NCBI GenBank assembly: GCA_031368215.1
Contig: JANLRD010000274.1
Location: 55,878 to 119,877 of the forward strand
From: Acidimicrobiia bacterium
GTDB taxonomy: Bacteria > Actinomycetota > Acidimicrobiia > Acidimicrobiales > JANYDT01
Reading direction: 5' to 3'
DNA: 64,000 nt
The translations under genes were made by a program, and so were the position numbers. Position 1 is the first letter of the stretch, and every line of letters starts with the position of its first letter. The notes beneath the pieces are model-generated. The model was not told the DNA's origin and made no database searches. It saw only the letters and a list, made by a program, of their open reading frames with translations. This document shows positions 49,524 to 59,092 of this stretch, in pieces.

Positions 49524-50594
49524 TCAGCCGGCGGCGACGCTGTGGGCGACGACCGGTCGGCGGAGCTTCCAGATGAAGCCGTCGAAGAACACGTGCATCC
49601 CGCCGACGGTGAGGAGCACGGTGTTGCCGGTGGCGGCGTCCACCAGCTTCTGCACCGAGACGAGAGCGATCCCGACCAGAATCACGTAGACGACGACACT
49701 TCCGGTCGCCCGGAGGGGACCGCGTACGACTCGGCCGACGACGCCGCCGGGCTGCGCCTGCGGGCCGGCGTAGCGACGGCCGAGCGCGCCGTGGACGATC
49801 ACGAAGTACTCCAGCGCGTGTGAACCCACGTAGCCGATGAGGCCGACGATTGGATTGACGAGGATCACGGCGAACAGGATCGCCGTGCCGAACAGGTAGC
49901 GCCGCTTCGGGCTCCAGCCGATCCGACCCAGCCGCCGTTCACCGAGCCACCAACGGGATGTGGCCCAAACCACGAACGCGCCGGCCACGATCAGGGCCCC
50001 GACCGCCCACGGGCGAAGGGTCTGGAGAACCCGCACGCCTTCTTCGTTCGTGGCGCCGAGCTCGACGCGGTCGAGAAGACGGGGCGTCCGTGGATCGGCG
50101 GCGGCGAACGCCAGCGCGAACACCAGCCAACTAATGAGCATCGGTCGTTCGCGGGCCGGACCGTTCTCGCCGGCCTTGCGGGCGTAGATCCGCGCGATCC
50201 CGTATCGCTGCATGAGGGTGTGCTCGGCGTTCCACAACCCGGCGATCACGGCCACCAGGGTGAGGCTGAACGAACGGGCCACAATGACCGCGCCGAGCAA
50301 CACGAACGGGAACACGGTGAACACTCGCCGGGCGACGGCGAACTGGGCAGGGTCGCCGTAGATGAGGCCGAGCGTGAGGGGTTGGTGTACCAGTGAGGTG
50401 AGCAGCGTGAGCGCCACCACCACCGCAAGAGCGGCAGTCGACGAGTACGCCACGGCCGCGGCCAGGCTGAACGGGACCCAGAGAAACGTGATGACGGCGT
50501 CGGCGCGGCGATCGTGGATCCAGTGACCCGGGGTGATTCGGGGCGATGGCGCAGTGAGGGGAGAGGTGGCTCCCGGCGAGGCAACGACGGACAT
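49524..50594 (-). CDS. Hypothetical polytopic membrane protein with His motifs
   Basis: ~9-10 TM; HQPLT, WNAEHTLMQRYG, SHALEY, HVFFDGFIWK. Confidence 0.72.
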   Translation of the reverse strand: MSVVASPGATSPLTAPSPRITPGHWIHDRRADAVITFLWVPFSLAAAVAYSSTAALAVVVALTLLTSLVHQPLTLGLIYGDPAQFAVARRVFTVFPFVLLGAVIVARSFSLTLVAVIAGLWNAEHTLMQRYGIARIYARKAGENGPARERPMLISWLVFALAFAAADPRTPRLLDRVELGATNEEGVRVLQTLRPWAVGALIVAGAFVVWATSRWWLGERRLGRIGWSPKRRYLFGTAILFAVILVNPIVGLIGYVGSHALEYFVIVHGALGRRYAGPQAQPGGVVGRVVRGPLRATGSVVVYVILVGIALVSVQKLVDAATGNTVLLTVGGMHVFFDGFIWKLRRPVVAHSVAAG

Positions 50595-50737
50595 TGCGCA
50601 CAAACGGTAGCCGCGAGCCGACGCTCCGGTGCTTGCCACCCCGGGGCCTGCGATGGACCGCCGACCTGGGTCGGGGGGCGGTGGAAGTCCCCGCCGATGT
50701 GGTCGCTCCTCTCATCTGCTGAGTAGGCTGATCACTC

Positions 50738-51436
50738 GTGTCTGTCGAAGCTCCCCCCGCTGCTGCGCCAGTTGATTCCACCGCCCAGCAGTATCTCGAC
50801 GCGCTTCGGGCCGAGCTCGGCGACGGCGTGCTCGAGGGAGTCGTCCAACACCACGACGTCGTGGTGCGGGTGTCGCTGTCCTCGTGGATCGCTGCTCTGA
50901 CGGCGGCGAAACACAAGCTCGGTCTCACCTATTTCTGCTTCCTTTCCGGTCTCGATTGGCTTGACTCGCCGCTCCAGACCACGCGATACGAAAACGTCTG
51001 GGGCTCGGTCGAGGACGCGGCGACCGATGATGAGGACGCGGCTCCCCCCGAACCGAAACCGGCACCGACCGATGTCGGCTTCGTCACCGGCTTGGCCGGA
51101 GGTGACACGAGGTTCCAGATCTTCGCCCGTGTCTATTCGACAAAGACCCGCCGGGGCATGGTGATCAAGGCCGACCTTGACGAGAGCAATCCCACTGTCC
51201 CGACGAGCACGGGGGTCTACGCCGGGGCCGACTGGCATGAGCGGGAAACGTGGGAGATGTACGGCTTCTGGTTCGAGGGACACCCCCACCTCGTCCACCT
51301 CTACCTTCCGATGGGCTTCGAGGGCTACCCGCTCCGCAAAGACTTCCCGCTCCTTGCCCGCGAAGTGAAGCCATGGCCTGGGCTCACGAACGTCGAGCCC
51401 ATCGCCGGCGAAGTCGAAGAAGAAGCAGCCGAATGA
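50738..51436 (+). CDS. nuoC: Second complex I subunit C
   Basis: WHERETWEMYG, GYPLRKDFPL. Confidence 0.94.
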   Translation: MSVEAPPAAAPVDSTAQQYLDALRAELGDGVLEGVVQHHDVVVRVSLSSWIAALTAAKHKLGLTYFCFLSGLDWLDSPLQTTRYENVWGSVEDAATDDEDAAPPEPKPAPTDVGFVTGLAGGDTRFQIFARVYSTKTRRGMVIKADLDESNPTVPTSTGVYAGADWHERETWEMYGFWFEGHPHLVHLYLPMGFEGYPLRKDFPLLAREVKPWPGLTNVEPIAGEVEEEAAE

Positions 51437-51548
51437 TGCCGGAGCGGAGAACTATCGTGCTCGGCGCCATGACCGAGAGCGGCCCCGTCACGCCGAGTAC
51501 CGGCGCCGGACCGACGAAAGCCGACAGCGGAATGCAAGGAGCGGGTGC

Positions 51549-52769
51549 GTGACCGCAATCATCGAGCCGGGAACGAGCACCGCTGCGTTCAGCGCGAACA
51601 GCCCCGAACAGCTGAAGCAGGCGGCATACATCGCCGCCCAGGCGTCCGACATGCGGGTCAACGTCGAAGTCGCTACCGACGACGGCATGACCGTCAACAT
51701 CGGCCCCCAGCACCCGGCGACCCACGGGACGCTGCGGATCATCGCCAAGCTCGACGGTGAGCAGGTCATCGAGTGCGAGCCCTACATGGGCTACATGCAC
51801 CGTGGCTACGAGAAGCTCACCGAAGTCCGCACGTACCCCCAGATCACGACCCTCGTGAACCGCATCGACTGGCTGTCGAGCTTCGCCAACGAGGTTCCCT
51901 TCATCCTCGCCGCCGAGCAACTCATGGGCATCGAGGCTCCTCCCCGAGCGCAGTGGATCCGCACCTGCCTGTTCGAGATGGCCCGCATCGCCAACGTCGC
52001 CCTCTTCCTCGGTGACATGGGTGTGCAGCTGGGCGCCATCACCCCCGTGTTCTTCGCCTTCCGCGACCGGGAGCACGTGCTCAACCTCATCGAAGCCGCG
52101 ACCGGTGGACGCTTCCACCCGAACTACGACCGCATCGGCGGCCTCAAGGAAGACCTCCCGAAGGGATGGATCGCCGAGGCCAAGACCGTCATGAACAAGG
52201 TCCGCACCTTCTGTGACGAGCTCGAGCAGCTTCTCATGGGCAACCGGATCTTCCAGGAGCGTTGCCGTGGCGTAGGAGTGATCCCCGTCGACAAGGCGAT
52301 GGACTTCGGGCTCTCCGGCGCCAATGCCCGGGCGTCGGGAATCGACTGGGACATCCGACGCGACCAGCCGTCGCCGCTGGTGTGGAACAAGCTCGACTGG
52401 AACGTCATCACCCACCCCGACGGCGACTCCTTCGCCCGCTACTGGGTGCGCCTCCAGGAGACCCGCGAAGCCGCCAAGATGGTCGATCAGATGCTTGACG
52501 GTCTGCCGTCGGGACCGATCATGGCGAAGGTCCCCCGGATCATCAAAGTGGCTGCCGGCGAAACCTATGTCGCCACGGAGAACCCCCTCGGCGAGATGGG
52601 CTATTACGTCGTGTCGAAGGGCGGTCTCGGACCGTTCCGGGTGAAGATCCGCACGGCGAGCTTCAACAACATCGGGATCGTGCCGTGGATCATGAAGGGT
52701 GTGTTCGTGCCTGACATCATCACGATCCTGGCGTCGCTGTATTTCATCCTCGGCGACATCGACCGCTGA
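51549..52769 (+). CDS. nuoD: Second complex I subunit D
   Basis: GPQHPATHGTLR, GYMHRGYEK, ENPLGE, GDIDR. Confidence 0.96.
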   Translation: MTAIIEPGTSTAAFSANSPEQLKQAAYIAAQASDMRVNVEVATDDGMTVNIGPQHPATHGTLRIIAKLDGEQVIECEPYMGYMHRGYEKLTEVRTYPQITTLVNRIDWLSSFANEVPFILAAEQLMGIEAPPRAQWIRTCLFEMARIANVALFLGDMGVQLGAITPVFFAFRDREHVLNLIEAATGGRFHPNYDRIGGLKEDLPKGWIAEAKTVMNKVRTFCDELEQLLMGNRIFQERCRGVGVIPVDKAMDFGLSGANARASGIDWDIRRDQPSPLVWNKLDWNVITHPDGDSFARYWVRLQETREAAKMVDQMLDGLPSGPIMAKVPRIIKVAAGETYVATENPLGEMGYYVVSKGGLGPFRVKIRTASFNNIGIVPWIMKGVFVPDIITILASLYFILGDIDR

Positions 52770-52788
52770 GCACGACAGGACCACGGGA

Positions 52789-53823
52789 ATGCTCGCGATC
52801 ACGCTCGCCTACTGGCAGCAATCAATCATCAAGCTCATCGCCGTCCTGGTGGTGATCCCGGTCGGTGGACTGCTCCTCGGCTACACCTTCCTGCTGAAGA
52901 TGATGGCCCACATGCAGTCTCGTCTCGGCCCGATGGAGTCCGGTGGGTTCCACGGTTGGTTCCAGAACATCGGCGACGCCATCAAGTTCATCCAGAAGGA
53001 AGACATCATCCCGGCCAAGGCCGACAAGTGGGTGTTCTCGCTTGCGCCGTATGTCGTCGTGATGTCCACGTTCCTTCTGTTCCTCGTCATCCCGGCCGGT
53101 CCTGACCTCGTCATCTCCGATCTCCAGGTCGGCGTGTTCTACGCCCTTGCGGTTTCGTCGATCGGTGTCCTGGGCGTGCTGATGGCCGGGTGGGCATCGG
53201 CCAACAAGTACTCCCTCATGGGCTCGCTGCGTGCCGCCGGCCAGCTGATCGCCTACGAGCTCCCCATGGTCCTCGCCGTGGTCGGCGTGATCGTGCAGGC
53301 CGGTTCGATGAGCTTCACCACGATCGTGGAGAAGCAGCGCCAGTTCGAGATCTTCGGTCTCAACCTCGCCGGCATGCCGTTCGTGGCCACCCAGTTCGTC
53401 GGCTTCGTCGTGTTCATGATCGCCACCCAGGCCGAGCTCACGCAGGCCCCGTTCGACATGCCCGTCGCCGAGTCCGAACTCGTCACCGGCTACATGACGG
53501 AATACTCCGGGTTCCGGTTCCTGTCGTTCTTCCTCGGCGAGGTCGCGTCGACCTTTGCGTTCGCCGCCATCGCCGCGACCATGTACCTCGGCGGGTGGTA
53601 CCTCCCCATGCCGGACCGGTGGATCGACAACAACATCGCCAACGTGGTCGGGCCCGGGATCCTTCTCGCCAAGATCATGTTCGTCTCCTTCCTGATCTTC
53701 TGGTTCCGGTTCTCCTATCCACGATTCCGCGAAGATCAGTTGCAGGCGCTGGCCTGGAAGTATCTCATTCCGATCTCGCTGGCGAACATCGTTGCTACTG
53801 CCGTCCTGAAAGTTGTGTTCTAG
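52789..53823 (+). CDS. nuoH: Second complex I subunit H
   Basis: MQSRLGP, PFDMPVAESELV, PRFREDQL. Confidence 0.95.
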   Translation: MLAITLAYWQQSIIKLIAVLVVIPVGGLLLGYTFLLKMMAHMQSRLGPMESGGFHGWFQNIGDAIKFIQKEDIIPAKADKWVFSLAPYVVVMSTFLLFLVIPAGPDLVISDLQVGVFYALAVSSIGVLGVLMAGWASANKYSLMGSLRAAGQLIAYELPMVLAVVGVIVQAGSMSFTTIVEKQRQFEIFGLNLAGMPFVATQFVGFVVFMIATQAELTQAPFDMPVAESELVTGYMTEYSGFRFLSFFLGEVASTFAFAAIAATMYLGGWYLPMPDRWIDNNIANVVGPGILLAKIMFVSFLIFWFRFSYPRFREDQLQALAWKYLIPISLANIVATAVLKVVF

Positions 53824-53826
53824 GTC

Positions 53827-54339
53827 ATGGCTCTCCCGAAATCAGCGGCGCTCGACAAAGGCAAAGAGGTCTTCGATTCCCTCACTGGTGGCCTGCGGGT
53901 CACCATGAAGACCTTCCTCAAGGGTGCTGAGACCGTGCAGTACCCGCACGAGCGGGAGAACCCGCCGGTGCGTGCGCGAGGGGTCATCGCCCTCAAGGAG
54001 GAGAACTGCACCGTCTGCATGCTCTGCTCGCGCAGTTGCCCCGATTGGTGCATCTACATCGAGGGCCACAAGGACAAGGCTCCGCCTCGTCGCGAGGGCG
54101 GCAAGCCCCGCACCGTGCAGGCGCTCGACCGCTTCGACATCGATTACGGCCTGTGCATGTACTGCGGCATCTGCGTCGAGGTCTGTCCGTTCGATGCCCT
54201 GTTCTGGAGCCCCGAGTACGAGTACTCCGTCCCGTCCATCGCCGATCTCCTCCACGACAAGACCCGCCTGGGTGAGTGGATGGACACGGTCCCCGCCAAG
54301 CCGGCTCTCGAAGTCGGCGCGGAATCGAAGAAGAAGTAG
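53827..54339 (+). CDS. nuoI: Second complex I subunit I
   Basis: CTVCMLCSRSCP, CMYCGICVEVCP. Confidence 0.95.
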   Translation: MALPKSAALDKGKEVFDSLTGGLRVTMKTFLKGAETVQYPHERENPPVRARGVIALKEENCTVCMLCSRSCPDWCIYIEGHKDKAPPRREGGKPRTVQALDRFDIDYGLCMYCGICVEVCPFDALFWSPEYEYSVPSIADLLHDKTRLGEWMDTVPAKPALEVGAESKKK

Positions 54340-54350
54340 CCTCGCCCGCC

Positions 54351-54863
54351 GTGCTTGCCCAGAACCTCACCTTCGGGCTCCTTGCCGTCGCCATGGCGCT
54401 ATCGGCGATCAAGCTCGTCACGACGAAGAACGTGGTGCACGCCGCGCTCTACCTCGTCATCGTGCTGTCCGGCGTGGCCGCGCAGTACATCCTCCTCGCC
54501 GCCGAGTTCGTGGCCGTCACCCAGGTGCTCGTCTACATCGGGGCGATCATGGTGCTGGTCCTGTTCGGGATCATGCTCACCCGCGCCCCGATCGGCAAGA
54601 CCCCTGAACTCGACAACAACCAACGGATCCCTGCGGCGATCGTGTCGCTGTTCCTGTTCGGCGCTCTGGCGACGCTGCTCATCGACGCCTTCGGGGACGA
54701 TCGCTTCGATCTGAACAACGGGGTTGCCTCCGGTGCGGCCGGTTTGAACATGGTACGGACTTCCGACTCGATCTTCTCGCAGTACCTGGTGCCCTTCGAG
54801 GTCGTGTCGATCCTGCTGCTGGCGGCACTCGTTGGTGCCATCGTCGTCGCAAGGCGGGATTAG
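54351..54863 (+). CDS. nuoJ: Second complex I subunit J
   Basis: NVVHAAL, VYIGAIMVL, PFEVVS. Confidence 0.94.
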   Translation: MLAQNLTFGLLAVAMALSAIKLVTTKNVVHAALYLVIVLSGVAAQYILLAAEFVAVTQVLVYIGAIMVLVLFGIMLTRAPIGKTPELDNNQRIPAAIVSLFLFGALATLLIDAFGDDRFDLNNGVASGAAGLNMVRTSDSIFSQYLVPFEVVSILLLAALVGAIVVARRD

Positions 54864-54865
54864 CC

Positions 54866-55165
54866 GTGCTGATCAACCAGTTTCTCGTCCTCGCCGCATT
54901 TCTCTTCTGCGCCGGCGCCTACGGCGTGATGGTGCGGAAGAACGCGGTCCTCGTGCTCATGTCCATCGAGCTGATGATCAACTCCGTGAACATGAACCTG
55001 ATCGCGTTCGCGCTGAAGAACGACAACATCATCGGTCACGTGTTCGCGCTGTTCGTGATCGCCGTCGCCGCCGCTGAGGTGGGCGTCGGTCTTGCCATCG
55101 TGTTGCTGATCTACCGCAACCGCCGTTCGGTCGATCCCGGCGAAGTCTCGGAGATGAAGGGCTGA
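54866..55165 (+). CDS. nuoK: Second complex I subunit K
   Basis: RKN, IELMIN, AAAEVGVG. Confidence 0.95.
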   Translation: MLINQFLVLAAFLFCAGAYGVMVRKNAVLVLMSIELMINSVNMNLIAFALKNDNIIGHVFALFVIAVAAAEVGVGLAIVLLIYRNRRSVDPGEVSEMKG

Positions 55166-57498
55166 TGTCGGTGTTTTCTGTTTTGGCTGCCGGCGGCGAA
55201 ACCGTCGCCGAGCACTCGTCATCAGCGCCGTGGATCCTCGCCCACGCATGGGTGCTGCCTGCGCTGATGGTGGCGGCGTTTGTCGCCACCCTGTTCTTCG
55301 GCAAGCGGATGAAGTTCCTCGGTGCCGAGTTCGGCATCGTCAGCTCGGTCGCCACGATGGTTCTCGCCATCGGCGGCGTGATCCAGTGGGTCCGGCTCGC
55401 TCCCGGTACCCATGGAGAAGAAGGTGCGAAGGCGGAAGCACTGCGGGCAGTAGGCGCCGGCCTGCGTTCCTTCGCGGCTCACTTCGCCGGCGAAGAGCCG
55501 ATCAAGCTCCGCGACCCGATCGAGCGAAGCGTTTCCTGGTTCCGCAATGGCAGCGTCGATGTCGGCTTGGGCATCCACGTCGACGGATTCACCGTCGCCA
55601 TGCTCTTCACGGTCGCCTTCATCTCCCTGTGCGTCCATGTCTTCTCGATCGAATACCTGCGCGGCGACAAGCGGTTCACCCACTACTTCGCTTCGCTGAA
55701 CCTCTTCAGCGGAGCGATGCTCTGGATGGTCCAGACCTCGACCACGCTCGGCCTGCTGTTCGGCTGGGAGCTGATGGGTCTGTGCTCGTTCCTCCTCATC
55801 GGTCACTGGTGGGAGGACAAGACCAATTCCGACGCCGCCCTCAAGGCGTTCTTCACCACCCGCACGGGTGACATCGGTCTGCTCGTCGGCATCGTCATCC
55901 TCTTCTTCGCTGCCGGAAACACCTTCGACATGGCCGCCATCAACGAGAAGGCGCTCCATGGTGGGATCAACCACGCGACGCTCGTCGTCGCTGCCGTTGC
56001 GCTGTTCTTCGGCGTGATGGGCAAGTCGGCGCAGTTCCCGCTCCACACGTGGCTTCCCGACGCGATGGCGGGCCCTACTCCGGCGTCGTCATTGATCCAC
56101 GCCGCCACGATGGTCGTCGCCGGTGTGTATCTGTTCGCCCGTCTCTACGGGGTGTTCTGGCAGGGTTTCTCCATCACTTCCGGGGGGATGAACTTCGGTT
56201 CGTGGATCGGCGCGATCACGATCGTGTCGGCGGCAGGACTGGCGTTCGTGCAAACGGATATCAAGAAGGTTCTCGCCTATTCAACGGTGTCGCAGCTCGG
56301 CTACATGATCCTCGGCCTGTCGGTCGGGGCGTGGGTCGGCGCGATCTTCCATCTCGTCACCCACGCGTTCTTCAAGGCCCTCCTCTTCCAGGCAAGCGGT
56401 TCGGTTGCCCATTCCGGGTCCCATCACAGCTTCGAGATGGAGCGCATGGGTGGGCTGCGCAAGTACATGCCGATCACCTATCGCACCTTCTTCGTGGGCT
56501 ATCTCGCGTTGGCCGGCATTCCGATCTTCTCCGGGTTCTGGTCGAAAGACGAGATTCTCAACGCCGCCGACAAGAACGGCTTCACCCTGGCCTTGATTGC
56601 CGGCAGCCTCGGCGCGTTCATGACCGGCTGCTACATGACCCGGGTGATGGCCAAGACCTTTTGGGGCGAGAACCGACTGCATCTCTTCCACGATGATCAC
56701 GATGCCCACGGCGCACATGCTGCGGCTGACGATCACGGCGCAGCCGCCCATGACACGCACGCGCACGACGCCCACGGCCACGATGCTCACGGCGCTGCCG
56801 TGGCCCACGATGCTCACGGCGACGCACACGATGCCCATGACGGACCGCACGAGTCGCCGGCGCTCATCACCGGCCCGCTTGTCGCCCTTGCCGTCATGGC
56901 GACCTTCGTCGGGTTCGCGAACTGGCCGTTCAAAGACTTCTTGTTCCTGAAGAGGTTCTGGTTCGAGAAGAACATCGCGAACATCACCTTCGAGGAGACG
57001 ATCGCTGCCGCCGGCAAGGTCCATCCGTTCAACTGGGGCGTGGCGATTCCGTCCATCATCCTGGCGGTCGGCGGCATCGCCGTGGGCTACTGGTACAACG
57101 TCGTCAAGCAAGGCGACCTCGGCCTGGTGCGACGAGGCGGCGTGTTCGGCCTCGGCCACAAGGTGCTCAAGAACAAGTACTACCTCGACGCTCTCTGGAC
57201 CGACCTCATCATCGGATCGATCAAGGGTCCGATCGCGAAGATGGCGTACTGGATCAACCAGAACGTGATCGACGCCGTCATCAACACTGCCGGCCGCTCC
57301 GCTGCGGCCACCGGACGCGGCGTGTACCGCTACATCGATCAGGGTCTCGTCGACGGCATCGTCAACGGGGCCGGGATCAGCGCCTCGACCGGCGGCGGCG
57401 TTCTACGCAAACTGCAAAACGGCAAGGTACAGGCCTACGCCGCAACGTTCCTCGCGGCGACCGGCCTCATCGCCTTCGGCCTCGTTCTGTTCCTCTAG
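55165..57498 (+). CDS. nuoL: Second complex I subunit L with long His-rich loop
   Basis: GKSAQFPLHTWLPDAMAGPTP, HAFFKALL. Confidence 0.96.
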   Translation: MSVFSVLAAGGETVAEHSSSAPWILAHAWVLPALMVAAFVATLFFGKRMKFLGAEFGIVSSVATMVLAIGGVIQWVRLAPGTHGEEGAKAEALRAVGAGLRSFAAHFAGEEPIKLRDPIERSVSWFRNGSVDVGLGIHVDGFTVAMLFTVAFISLCVHVFSIEYLRGDKRFTHYFASLNLFSGAMLWMVQTSTTLGLLFGWELMGLCSFLLIGHWWEDKTNSDAALKAFFTTRTGDIGLLVGIVILFFAAGNTFDMAAINEKALHGGINHATLVVAAVALFFGVMGKSAQFPLHTWLPDAMAGPTPASSLIHAATMVVAGVYLFARLYGVFWQGFSITSGGMNFGSWIGAITIVSAAGLAFVQTDIKKVLAYSTVSQLGYMILGLSVGAWVGAIFHLVTHAFFKALLFQASGSVAHSGSHHSFEMERMGGLRKYMPITYRTFFVGYLALAGIPIFSGFWSKDEILNAADKNGFTLALIAGSLGAFMTGCYMTRVMAKTFWGENRLHLFHDDHDAHGAHAAADDHGAAAHDTHAHDAHGHDAHGAAVAHDAHGDAHDAHDGPHESPALITGPLVALAVMATFVGFANWPFKDFLFLKRFWFEKNIANITFEETIAAAGKVHPFNWGVAIPSIILAVGGIAVGYWYNVVKQGDLGLVRRGGVFGLGHKVLKNKYYLDALWTDLIIGSIKGPIAKMAYWINQNVIDAVINTAGRSAAATGRGVYRYIDQGLVDGIVNGAGISASTGGGVLRKLQNGKVQAYAATFLAATGLIAFGLVLFL

Positions 57499-57505
57499 GA
57501 GAACC

Positions 57506-59032
57506 ATGTTGGACTTTCTGAACGGTTGGGGGCTCACCCTCATCATCTTCCTGCCGGCGCTGACGGCGTTGGTCGTGATGGTGACGCCGAACAAGGACGA
57601 GGAGAACGTCAAGATCGTGGGGCTGATCGGCGCGGTTGCCACGTTGGTCGTGAGCATCGTGACCATCTCGTACTTCAACTTCGATCGGGCCGGTCAGGCC
57701 CAGTTCGTCGTGAACCGTTCCTGGATCGACACGATCAACTCGAACTACCACGTGAGCCTCAACGGCCTGGGCCTGCCGATGTTGGTCCTGTCGAACGTGG
57801 TGATCGTCCTCTGCATCGTCTACTCGTGGAACCACTGGCCCGAGCCGCACAACCCCAAGGCCGTGCTCGCCCTGATGCTCATCCTCGAGACCGGCATGAA
57901 CGGTGTGTTCGTCGCCCAGGACCTGATCCTCTTCTTCGTGTTCTTCGAGCTCACGCTGCTCCCGATGTACTTCCTCATCGGCGTGTGGGGCGGACCGAAC
58001 CGCCAATACGCGTCGATCAAGTTCTTCCTCTACACGATGTTCGGTTCAGCGTTCATGCTTCTCGGCTTCTTGGCGCTCTACTTCAAAGCCGGCCGCACGT
58101 TCGATATCGACCAACTCATCGCCAACGTGCAGACCGCCGGCATCTCGTCGGGCACCCAGTCGCTGATCTTCGGCGGCATCTTCCTCGGCTTCGCCGTGAA
58201 GGTGCCGATGTTCCCGTTCCACACCTGGCTCCCCGATGCCCACACCGAAGCCCCGACCGTCGGCTCGGTGATCCTCGCCGCGGTCCTCCTGAAGCTCGGC
58301 ACGTTCGGATTCATCAAGATCGCTATTCCGATCCTTCCCGACGCCGCCAAGGACTGGGCGCCGTTCATCGGTGTCCTTGCGGCGATCGGCATCATCTACG
58401 GCGCACTCGGCTGTCTGGCCCAGACCGATATGAAACGCCTCATCGCCTTCTCGTCCGTCGCCCACATGGGTTATGTGATGCTCGGCATTTCGACCCTGAC
58501 GAGCTACGGCATGAATGCCGCGCTCTTCGGCATGGTCGCCCACGGCCTCATCACGGGCATGTTGTTCTTCGTTGCCGGATCCGTCAAGGAGCGCTTCCAC
58601 ACCTTGGAGATCGCCCGCCTCGGCGGACTGCTCGAGACGATGCCGAAGCTCGGTTGGGTGTTCGGTTTCGCGTCGATGGCCTCGCTCGGCCTTCCCGGTC
58701 TTGCCGGCTTCTGGGGCGAGTTCCCCTCGATCCTGTCGGCGTACAACCCCGCTGAGGGGCTCAACGTCGCGCTCTTCCGTGGCCTCATGGTTGTAGCTGC
58801 GGTCGGCACGGTGTTCGCCGCCGGGTACCTGCTCTGGCTGTATCAGCGCACCGCGTTCGGGACCCAGAAAGAGGAGTGGAACGGCCACCACTTCCACGAT
58901 GTGATGCCGAGCGAGTGGATCGCCTGGGCACCATTCCTCGCCGGCATCGTCGTGTTCGGTGTGTGGCCCAGGTTGATGTACTCCGTGACTGACCCAGCCG
59001 TGCAGGTCATCACCAAGGTCTTCGGGGGCTGA
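57506..59032 (+). CDS. nuoM: Second complex I subunit M
   Basis: HTWLPDAHTEAPTVGS, LLKLG, FSSVAH. Confidence 0.96.
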   Translation: MLDFLNGWGLTLIIFLPALTALVVMVTPNKDEENVKIVGLIGAVATLVVSIVTISYFNFDRAGQAQFVVNRSWIDTINSNYHVSLNGLGLPMLVLSNVVIVLCIVYSWNHWPEPHNPKAVLALMLILETGMNGVFVAQDLILFFVFFELTLLPMYFLIGVWGGPNRQYASIKFFLYTMFGSAFMLLGFLALYFKAGRTFDIDQLIANVQTAGISSGTQSLIFGGIFLGFAVKVPMFPFHTWLPDAHTEAPTVGSVILAAVLLKLGTFGFIKIAIPILPDAAKDWAPFIGVLAAIGIIYGALGCLAQTDMKRLIAFSSVAHMGYVMLGISTLTSYGMNAALFGMVAHGLITGMLFFVAGSVKERFHTLEIARLGGLLETMPKLGWVFGFASMASLGLPGLAGFWGEFPSILSAYNPAEGLNVALFRGLMVVAAVGTVFAAGYLLWLYQRTAFGTQKEEWNGHHFHDVMPSEWIAWAPFLAGIVVFGVWPRLMYSVTDPAVQVITKVFGG

Positions 59033-59092
59033 GGGCTGATGTCCGCGTTCGCCCGCCCACTTCGCAACGCCACCGGAGGCTGATCAGCGCTC

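Noticed and set aside
34547-50737. Integrated mobile element or genomic island splitting nuo2
   Set aside because: No integrase, transposase, tRNA or flanking att repeat seen; GC similar to flanks and content mostly metabolic
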